Made by a program: the position numbers and the translations under genes
Notes under the pieces: model-generated
The model's database searches: none
The model's input: the letters and a program-made list of their open reading frames with translations, nothing else
What the model was told of the DNA's origin: nothing
DNA from: an uncultured virus (IMG/VR IMGVR_UViG_3300011646_000014)
Lineage: Duplodnaviria; Heunggongvirae; Uroviricota; Caudoviricetes
IMG/VR virus record: IMGVR_UViG_3300011646_000014
Location: 1 to 64,000 of that record
Strand: one strand, 5' to 3'
Length of the DNA: 64,000 bases
Shown here: positions 57,812 through 64,000 of the stretch, one piece after another
How the letters are laid out: every line of letters begins with the position of its first letter
Position numbering within the stretch: the stretch's first letter is position 1

Positions 57812-58278
57812 TAGTATTCCTCTTGAGCTTTCCTCACTGCGGCATCAACCTGTTCTGGTGTAGCTTGTACTACAGTGGTTTGTAGAGGTGAGCCATCTTT
57901 GCCAGTGACTTCAGTTTTATTAGTATACTTCCCACCTACATCCTCTGCCGCTTGACGCAAAATATTTAAAGCCGCAACACGATTTTTACTGTGCCTCTGG
58001 TACTGATTTTCTAAGCGCTGCAATCGTACTGCCAAATTAGCAATTGGGATTGCCTCGGGCTTACCCAGAAACATCTCACGAGTTTTTTCAAAATCATTTT
58101 TTAATTCTTCACTTAGATTCTCACCAGCCCGTTTTGTAGGGTCGTATTTTTCACACTGCTGCTTGGTAACTTTTATGCCGTATTCTTGGTTGACGAGTTC
58201 AGCAGTTTCAGTGGGTGTATTAAATACGGCAAGTGAGCGAACTATAAAGAGTTTTACCTCTTTTTTTAGAGCCGCCAT
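57811..58278 (-). CDS. terS: Terminase small subunit (DUF2280-like)
   Basis: MAALK..VK.FIV.SLA.F.TP...YDPTK; TGKDG.P C-terminus; directly before terL. Confidence 0.85.
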   Translation of the reverse strand: MAALKKEVKLFIVRSLAVFNTPTETAELVNQEYGIKVTKQQCEKYDPTKRAGENLSEELKNDFEKTREMFLGKPEAIPIANLAVRLQRLENQYQRHSKNRVAALNILRQAAEDVGGKYTNKTEVTGKDGSPLQTTVVQATPEQVDAAVRKAQEEY

Positions 58279-58316
58279 ATCCTTAGTCCTGTCAACCTAC
58301 GTCAACCTAAATAGTC

Positions 58317-58339
58317 AAAAAAAAGAGCCCGAAGGCTCT
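58317..58339 (-). terminator. Intrinsic terminator
   Basis: AGAGCC-TTCG-GGCTCT followed by a T tract. Confidence 0.75.
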
Positions 58340-58979
58340 ACTTAATCAGACACGTCCCACAACACGCAGCTATATTCTTTTCTGATACAAACGGCGCTTG
58401 CTTCGCGACTTCGACCAGACGCTTAATGTCATCACTCGCACCCCATCGTTTGACTACGCCCACAAATTCCTCAACATCGTGCCCAGCCAAGTAATGCTTA
58501 GGTAGGCCTGTATGATCACTATAAACAATCTCTCCGTCTCCATCACGCTCAACACCGATGTGATAAAGCTCATGTTCAATCAGAGCACAAAACTCTCGAT
58601 CACTCGCTTGCTCGCAAAAGCCAGCATCAATGGTAATGAGATAAACAGGTACAAAGCCAAACCAGTCACGCATCTGCTGTTCTTGGCGTGCTTTCTTCCA
58701 ACCGCCTTGATTAAACATCACCTTTTCACATTGCCCCAACACCATGCGCTTTGCACGAGTAAATGCAGATGATGCCCATGCAAAGGCTAGAAACGTTTCG
58801 TCATCATGAAGTAGCTCGGCTATATGATCATGATCCGGGTTGTGCAGCTCTCCGCCCAATGTCAAAAAGTTTGCAATCACCCATTCTTTTAATTCTGGCG
58901 CAGCAATGATGCGAATTGCTTCCTCTTCTTCAGCTTGGTCGATAAAGTCAGTCTGGGGAAATGGTCTGTATTGGTCCAT
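58338..58979 (-). CDS. Phage putative metallopeptidase
   Basis: HELYH; HDVEEFVGVV.RWG. Confidence 0.85.
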   Translation of the reverse strand: MDQYRPFPQTDFIDQAEEEEAIRIIAAPELKEWVIANFLTLGGELHNPDHDHIAELLHDDETFLAFAWASSAFTRAKRMVLGQCEKVMFNQGGWKKARQEQQMRDWFGFVPVYLITIDAGFCEQASDREFCALIEHELYHIGVERDGDGEIVYSDHTGLPKHYLAGHDVEEFVGVVKRWGASDDIKRLVEVAKQAPFVSEKNIAACCGTCLIK

Positions 58980-59424
58980 TGAATGTTTGCCCCTTTAACC
59001 TTTTAAGCCATGAAACGGCGAAGTTTGATTCGATCTGTAATGGCCCGGAATCATCAATCTTGTATTTATTGGCTGATTCTATACGAACAACTGTATAACC
59101 CAATTCATAAGCGCGATCGTAACGCTCCATGCTCCAAGCTTTTGTTGCAAGTTTTCCACCACGTCCACCTGACCATGGACCGCCAGATATTTCCACTAAA
59201 ATCCTGTGTTCAATCAGATGAAAATCAAACCGCCAATGCTTTGTAGACAAGAACTGAAATTTCTTCTCGTACTTGATGCCGAGTATGTTCAAGGATTTTT
59301 CAAAGTCTTCTTCAGCCTCTAAATAATTTTGTTTTGCTTTTGGAAGTGGTCTAGCTCTTGGTTTTATCTTTAGCGGTGATTTTTTGGTTTTGGATTTATA
59401 GGTTTCTATTTCCATAAAATGCAC
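58948..59424 (-). CDS. DUF559/Vsr-like nuclease-fold protein
   Basis: WRFDF...LVEISGG.W...LGYTVVR. Confidence 0.65.
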   Translation of the reverse strand: MHFMEIETYKSKTKKSPLKIKPRARPLPKAKQNYLEAEEDFEKSLNILGIKYEKKFQFLSTKHWRFDFHLIEHRILVEISGGPWSGGRGGKLATKAWSMERYDRAYELGYTVVRIESANKYKIDDSGPLQIESNFAVSWLKRLKGQTFNGPIQTISPD

Positions 59425-59429
59425 CCATC

Positions 59430-59449
59430 AAAAAACCGCCTTTCGGCGG
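59430..59449 (-). terminator. Intrinsic terminator
   Basis: CCGCC-GAAA-GGCGG followed by T6. Confidence 0.75.
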
Positions 59450-59455
59450 CTCATG

Positions 59456-59638
59456 TTATTCATCAATTTGCTCATGCAGCTTTTTAATGAGTTCAACAAG
59501 TTTTTCTTTGTTCTGATCATTAATCCCAATTAATCCACTACTTGCAGCATTGTTTAAAACCGCAACTGTAATATCACCTTTAGCTTTAATTTTTGCACAC
59601 TCGATTACCGCTTCAACTTCAATTGAATTCATTGTCAT
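59456..59638 (-). CDS. Hypothetical protein (60 aa)
   Basis: ORF with a GAGAA RBS, ending before a terminator. Confidence 0.55.
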   Translation of the reverse strand: MTMNSIEVEAVIECAKIKAKGDITVAVLNNAASSGLIGINDQNKEKLVELIKKLHEQIDE

Positions 59639-59692
59639 TTGATTGTTTCTCTTTTTTTAAAGTGAGAAACATTAATAATATGAAATTGACAA

Positions 59693-60199
59693 CTATTCAA
59701 GCGTGTACATCAAATCCTCTGGCGTATCCAGCCAACACCCATGCTTATTACAAAACACATGAATGTCATTCAGGTACTCAGTGAATTGCCGAACACTTGC
59801 GTCCGCTGTGCTGATCAACTCAATTAATCCTGATGCCACTTGCTCATAAGCAGGATGCTTTTCATCTTTTAATGTGCGCACTGCTTGAAACGTTGCTCTG
59901 TATTGACCAACATCATCACGATCATATATTCGAGCCAAGAAGTTCTTTTTGAAAAATAAATGCTCACTGTCTTTATCAGAGCCTTGATGCTTTGCCCACT
60001 GTGTAAGCCATTTCCAGTACAAGCGGTTTTGCGCCTTACTGCGGTCATCTTCCTTCTGATCCACCCGAACAACAAGTGGCTTATTCTCGAAATTGGCTTT
60101 GGTGTAGTTTGTATGCAGATAAGACATTGTTTTAGTAATGTCCGAGTGATCTTTGATTGTGAACACTGCTGTTTTCATGCTCACCTCAAAATATTTCAT
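59693..60199 (-). CDS. ninB: NinB-like recombination protein
   Basis: RSKAQNRLYW motif; STA..SV.QF.EYL. Confidence 0.7.
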   Translation of the reverse strand: MKYFEVSMKTAVFTIKDHSDITKTMSYLHTNYTKANFENKPLVVRVDQKEDDRSKAQNRLYWKWLTQWAKHQGSDKDSEHLFFKKNFLARIYDRDDVGQYRATFQAVRTLKDEKHPAYEQVASGLIELISTADASVRQFTEYLNDIHVFCNKHGCWLDTPEDLMYTLE

Positions 60200-60476
60200 T
60201 ATTTTCTAAATTCAACATCCTTTCAGTCTTTTCCAACCACTGCTCAAACATTGCTTCCGATTCTTGTCTATCACCTAATTTGAATTGATCGAATGCAGAA
60301 TGACATTTGTAGCAAAGCGGGACTGTAAACTCATCGCTTGCTTTGATTCCTCTACCCTTACCATGCTTTGAACTATTTGAATGAGCGGCTTGACTAGGAC
60401 TCTGACCACACTTAATGCATGGCAGCTTTCTTATTTCGTTTAGCCTCTTTGTCGAACGCATTTTCCAACACCTCAA
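60186..60476 (-). CDS. Zn-binding HNH-like nin-region protein (DUF968/DUF1364-like)
   Basis: PCIKCG...AAH...KASD..TVPLC..CH..FD. Confidence 0.7.
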   Translation of the reverse strand: MRCWKMRSTKRLNEIRKLPCIKCGQSPSQAAHSNSSKHGKGRGIKASDEFTVPLCYKCHSAFDQFKLGDRQESEAMFEQWLEKTERMLNLENNEIF

Positions 60477-60615
60477 TACGCTCTTTTAATAATCTTTCTT
60501 CTCGCTCACAGTCAGAACGAAATGAATAACTACTAAATAAATGATTGTAAGATTGCAGTTTGTTTAAATTGGCTTTGTATATTGCTAGATTCTTCTTTGC
60601 TTCGATCATATCCAT
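60412..60615 (-). CDS. Hypothetical protein (67 aa)
   Basis: Coiled-coil ORF in the operon. Confidence 0.6.
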   Translation of the reverse strand: MDMIEAKKNLAIYKANLNKLQSYNHLFSSYSFRSDCEREERLLKERIEVLENAFDKEAKRNKKAAMH

Positions 60616-60617
60616 GT

Positions 60618-60761
60618 CTAACCCATTATTAATCTATATGCACCATAGAAAGCCAAGCCCAAAACAGTAATGATTGAGCACATACAAACCCATGCAAACA
60701 TATTTTCAGCGCGATCATGCTCTCTTATTCTTTTTTGCATTCTTCTTGAGTATTCATCCAT
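60618..60761 (-). CDS. Small C-terminally anchored membrane protein (47 aa)
   Basis: MDEYSRRMQKRIREHDRAENMFAWVCMCSIITVLGLAFYGAYRLIMG; tightly packed between neighbours. Confidence 0.55.
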   Translation of the reverse strand: MDEYSRRMQKRIREHDRAENMFAWVCMCSIITVLGLAFYGAYRLIMG

Positions 60762-60765
60762 ACAA

Positions 60766-60888
60766 TCACCAATTACACCAAACTAAATAAGCTGCAAATA
60801 ACATCACAGCCAAATAAAACACCGTTTTGATTACGTTCTTAAACTGCTGACAATCTTCTTCAATTTGCTTGAGTTCTTCTTCGTCCAT
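60766..60888 (-). CDS. Small C-terminally anchored membrane protein (40 aa)
   Basis: MDEEELKQIEEDCQQFKNVIKTVFYLAVMLFAAYLVWCNW; AAGGG RBS. Confidence 0.55.
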   Translation of the reverse strand: MDEEELKQIEEDCQQFKNVIKTVFYLAVMLFAAYLVWCNW

Positions 60889-60916
60889 AGCGGCCCTTTA
60901 TTTTTCTATAGACAAC

Positions 60917-60943
60917 AAAAAAGCCCATCGAATGATGAGCTTT
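60917..60943 (-). terminator. tR'-like terminator after the late promoter
   Basis: AAAGCTCATC-ATTC-GATGGGCTTT followed by TTT. Confidence 0.75.
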
Positions 60944-60977
60944 CCAGAATTTTTAGTAAATTACTTAAACTTCGTCT

Positions 60978-61016
60978 ACTATAGCACAGATTAATGAAAA
61001 TCCACTTAAGTGTCAA
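60978..61016 (-). promoter_or_regulatory. Putative late (pR'-like) promoter
   Basis: TTGACA-17 nt-TAATCT and an extended TGcTATAGT just downstream of the Q-like gene. Confidence 0.55.
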
Positions 61017-61476
61017 GCACTAAACGCTTATCATGTCCCGCCAAATAATAACGACCTGCGAATACCATATTTCTAATGCTTGATTCAGAATAAACAAACA
61101 TATTACCCATTTGTTTTTCAGTTAAACCCTCAATCATTTTCTTAAGATACAATTGCACACATACTTGTGCTGACTTACAAATACTGGAATCATTTACAAC
61201 CGAGTTGATCAATTTGTCTATTTGGTCGTACTCATACTCATCGATCTGCAAGTAGACAAATTTGCCATTACTACTTCTACCTGACTTATCATTTTCTCTT
61301 ACAAGCCAATATATCGTATTCACTTCTAGCGAATCTGGCTCATGCCCCCCTTTCATTCGACTAACTGACAAGAATGCAGCATATTGCTTCAACCACTCAT
61401 CAATAGTGAATCTAGACCAGTCCATTTTCTTTATTGCTGCTACCGCATTCATGCCTTTCCCCTTATGCCGCTTCAA
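61006..61476 (-). CDS. Antiterminator Q-like protein
   Basis: Position before a promoter-terminator pair; DWSRFTIDEWL.QY; C-terminal HTH-like segment. Confidence 0.65.
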   Translation of the reverse strand: MKRHKGKGMNAVAAIKKMDWSRFTIDEWLKQYAAFLSVSRMKGGHEPDSLEVNTIYWLVRENDKSGRSSNGKFVYLQIDEYEYDQIDKLINSVVNDSSICKSAQVCVQLYLKKMIEGLTEKQMGNMFVYSESSIRNMVFAGRYYLAGHDKRLVLDT

Positions 61477-61900
61477 GCATCAAATACTTCTTAATTTCAT
61501 TAATCGCTTCATCTGCACCAAAACAAACTTTGCACATATAGCCTTGAGCCTCTAATCGCTGAATCATGATTTGCTGGCTTGGCTGCAACTTCCCTTTTTG
61601 TGCTTTCAATTCAATCCATAACCCATGAGCTTGACCATTAGGAACAATGAGCTGTAAATCTGGTACACCTGCCTTTACTCCCATCTTTTTAAGCTTCGTC
61701 GCTTCAATGATATTTCTTGACCCACCATTGGGAATGTGAAATAAATAATCACTCAACCGTCCGTCTTTGAACTTCACTCGATGCGCCCATGACATGACTG
61801 TAATTTGTTCCTGGTCTTCTGTTGGCACACGATTGAACTTCTTAGAACGCGCAATCTTTTTTGATTGAATGCGTTGAGCGTCTTTGAATGTTGTGTTCAT
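61463..61900 (-). CDS. VRR-NUC nuclease
   Basis: FHIPNGG...GVKAGVPDL...IELK...Q. Confidence 0.9.
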   Translation of the reverse strand: MNTTFKDAQRIQSKKIARSKKFNRVPTEDQEQITVMSWAHRVKFKDGRLSDYLFHIPNGGSRNIIEATKLKKMGVKAGVPDLQLIVPNGQAHGLWIELKAQKGKLQPSQQIMIQRLEAQGYMCKVCFGADEAINEIKKYLMLEAA

Positions 61901-62121
61901 GCTTCACCCACTCTTTCAATAACTGTCTTGATGGCTTTCAAAGTCATATCCTGATCAACTGGATTAATCAAAAGATTTTCGATTGCTTCGCATTTGCGTT
62001 TATATTTTTCAGCTCTTGCCGCATGATGCTTATATTTCTTATCAAGACCCTCATTAAATTGAAGCAATTCAGCGTGCTCTTTTTGAAGCTGCTCAAGTGT
62101 CATCTGCATGTATTCGCTCAT
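61897..62121 (-). CDS. Hypothetical phage protein
   Basis: Coiled-coil ORF overlapping both neighbours. Confidence 0.65.
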   Translation of the reverse strand: MSEYMQMTLEQLQKEHAELLQFNEGLDKKYKHHAARAEKYKRKCEAIENLLINPVDQDMTLKAIKTVIERVGEA

Positions 62122-62582
62122 ACTTCACCGCCTTTGAGTGCTTGCGCTAAAGACTTAAATGTTCGAATCATGGCCATTTGTAGAAACTCATGATTACCAC
62201 GCATATCCTCCTCCACATACCGTGAAGCATGTTGAGTCTCTTTTAATGCTGCATCCACCCGCGCCTGCAACTCATCAACTTTCGCATTAGCTAAAACGAA
62301 AGATCGTTCCATTGCTGCAATAGTGAAATTCCTTCCTTCTATTTGTTTTAGTTTTTCCTGAATAATATTTTTCACTCCCTTCTTGTAAGCAGCATGATCA
62401 AGTCTCAATTTCTCATTATTTTGATTAAGTTCATCAATCTGCTTTTGCTGTTCTTGCCACCCAACAACAAAAAACGAGTAGCACATTCTTGTTGGTTGAG
62501 ATGAATATTCACCTGTTTCATCTTTACTGAGATCAACACATGAATTACTGAATACTCTCTCAAACGCTTCACGACTATTCAT
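62118..62582 (-). CDS. Hypothetical phage protein
   Basis: ORF in the early operon; WQEQQ..IDEL mosaic motif. Confidence 0.7.
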   Translation of the reverse strand: MNSREAFERVFSNSCVDLSKDETGEYSSQPTRMCYSFFVVGWQEQQKQIDELNQNNEKLRLDHAAYKKGVKNIIQEKLKQIEGRNFTIAAMERSFVLANAKVDELQARVDAALKETQHASRYVEEDMRGNHEFLQMAMIRTFKSLAQALKGGEV

Positions 62583-62585
62583 TTC

Positions 62586-62726
62586 TTAATTCCTTTTAAA
62601 GCTCATAACAGAGCAATGATATTGATCTCTACTTATCCAAAAATTAGCCCACTCTGGCGCACCATCTAATACCTCTCTCGCTCTATCAATCCCTTTCTCT
62701 GCTACAAATTTATGTACGTTAGTCAT
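62586..62726 (-). CDS. Small hypothetical phage protein (46 aa, possibly truncated)
   Basis: MTNVHKFVAEKGIDRAREVLDGAPEWANF...; GAGGGG RBS; fills the gap between ORFs. Confidence 0.55.
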   Translation of the reverse strand: MTNVHKFVAEKGIDRAREVLDGAPEWANFWISRDQYHCSVMSFKRN

Positions 62727-63063
62727 GACTTACCCCCTCAATCGCTCTCATCCCCTTTTTCATCATTTCAAATTGGGTTTTAGAGCATGGTGTTTTTCGA
62801 TTTTTGATTAACCCTATCTTTGTGCTCGAACAATTCATGTAATTCGCCAAATCCAAAGTTCGACCTAATTTCGCATCTAGCCAGTCACTTAGTTCTTTTG
62901 CTTGTTCTTCGGTTAATCTCGGCATCTGAGTTTGAGTTTTTGCCCTGCCACGCAACTTGACTTCCCGATTATTAAACTTTTGCTTCGGTGCAATACCAGT
63001 GAATCCCTGAATCACTGTAATTTTGTTGCCCTGTGCCAACCATTCTTCTACTGACATGCTCAT
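62719..63063 (-). CDS. Hypothetical protein with HTH-like C-terminus
   Basis: VEEWLAQGNKI; LANYMNCS...I..IKN. Confidence 0.65.
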   Translation of the reverse strand: MSMSVEEWLAQGNKITVIQGFTGIAPKQKFNNREVKLRGRAKTQTQMPRLTEEQAKELSDWLDAKLGRTLDLANYMNCSSTKIGLIKNRKTPCSKTQFEMMKKGMRAIEGVSHD

Positions 63064-63308
63064 GCGGCTTTACCTCGCTCGTGAAAGGATTTCTTTTGAT
63101 AACTGCCCTTAGCTCTGGTTTTGCGATACACATTGTCATAACAACCCTTGCAAGCTGAATCAGGGCGATGAACCACAGTTCCGTCCTTGAGCTTGTCTTT
63201 AATCATGTACCAGAACTCAGAATCGGCAGGCCAATACTCTTGACAGTGCTTGCAGAACTTTTCTTTGCCCAATTCGGTTTCGATGAAAGTTGGATTGTTG
63301 TTTTTCAT
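63060..63308 (-). CDS. Small Zn-finger protein
   Basis: CKHC...CKGC. Confidence 0.7.
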   Translation of the reverse strand: MKNNNPTFIETELGKEKFCKHCQEYWPADSEFWYMIKDKLKDGTVVHRPDSACKGCYDNVYRKTRAKGSYQKKSFHERGKAA

Positions 63309-64000
63309 GCCGCACCGCCTTGCGCTTCATTCACACTCATAAAGCGACAAATGTCCAAACGATCAATCACACGCACCACACCGCGCTTACCATGGCGGTT
63401 TTTAACAACACACAGCTCCGTAACACCTGTTGGAAGGTCTTCATTGTCTGAAATTGGATTAGCCAAAACAATCTGATCTGCATCTTGCTCAATCTGCCCA
63501 GATTCTTTGATGTCAGATGCCTTAGGTCTTTTGCTTTTTTCTGCATCACGGTTTAATTGCACAAGCGCAATTACTGGGCATTTAAACTCCTTGGCCATCG
63601 ATTTGAGTTCACGGCTAATTGAGCTAACTTCCTGATAGCGGTCTTTTTTGCTTGGGTCGCGTACTAACTGCAAGTAGTCGACAACAATGCAGCCCAGACG
63701 CTTATATTTGCGTTTAGCTTTACGTGCGTATGAGTGAATCTCAGCAATTGTTGGCTTTTGCTTGTCTTCAATGTGAATTGGCAATCGCTTGAATTGATCA
63801 TTAGCGCGAGCAAAGTCTTGAAGCATTCCGTCGTATAGCTCGGCGTTGTGAATGTTGTCGTATGGAATATCGGTCAATGCTGAGATACATCGATTTGTCA
63901 GTGTTTCAACGTCCATTTCTGCCGAGATGAACAAAACGGCTTCTTCATGCCTGAATGCGGTTTGCAAAGCCAGCATTTGAGCGAGTGTAGACTTACCTGA
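63305..64000 (-). CDS. dnaB: DnaB-like replicative helicase (5' part outside the window)
   Basis: GKST at the window edge, ISAEM, VVDYLQL, QLNR, KESGQIEQDAD, KNRHG. Confidence 0.95.
   Translation of the reverse strand, partial: SGKSTLAQMLALQTAFRHEEAVLFISAEMDVETLTNRCISALTDIPYDNIHNAELYDGMLQDFARANDQFKRLPIHIEDKQKPTIAEIHSYARKAKRKYKRLGCIVVDYLQLVRDPSKKDRYQEVSSISRELKSMAKEFKCPVIALVQLNRDAEKSKRPKASDIKESGQIEQDADQIVLANPISDNEDLPTGVTELCVVKNRHGKRGVVRVIDRLDICRFMSVNEAQGGAA

Larger units (their letters stand above)
1..64000. mobile_element. Temperate prophage (mosaic; both ends lie outside the window)
   Basis: Integrase, lysis, tail, head, terminase, Q and DnaB genes in phage order. No host housekeeping genes and no att site visible. 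Confidence 0.97.

Noticed and set aside
1..64000. tRNA, rRNA, CRISPR arrays, IS elements and att sites
   Set aside because: None recognisable by eye; the att site probably lies upstream of position 1.

Overview
The whole window is one mosaic temperate prophage, probably from Acinetobacter or a related Moraxellaceae host (inferred from the AT-rich sequence and gene families). It is truncated at both ends. From left to right it holds: a tyrosine integrase; an HNH homing endonuclease inserted into the end of a nested Rz/Rz1 spanin pair; a GH19 endolysin and holin; a DUF4124 moron; a ~28 kb block of large virion/ejection-type genes ending in a 4365-aa polyvalent protein (InPase, DarB-like N6-methyltransferase plus SNF2 helicase, two metallopeptidases, PLxRFG); siphovirus-type tail genes; Rha; a P22 immI-like locus (mnt/arc/sar/ant); an envelope moron cluster and a GHKL-STAS three-gene moron; Mu/lambda-like head genes and terminase; nin-like genes, Q and a partial DnaB. 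The strongest leads are: (1) the secreted DUF4124 moron shares a ~38-aa motif with the phage's own 648-aa putative ejection protein (possible decoy-based superinfection exclusion); (2) a 93-aa gene is overprinted inside the giant protein just upstream of the DarB-like module; (3) a GHKL kinase-STAS-membrane protein operon has its own promoter; (4) a CCCT(G/C)TAAGG promoter box recurs; (5) the HNH element appears to have supplied a recoded 3' end for the spanin genes, and the i-spanin carries a nonsense codon. All family names come from motif recognition by eye; no searches were run.
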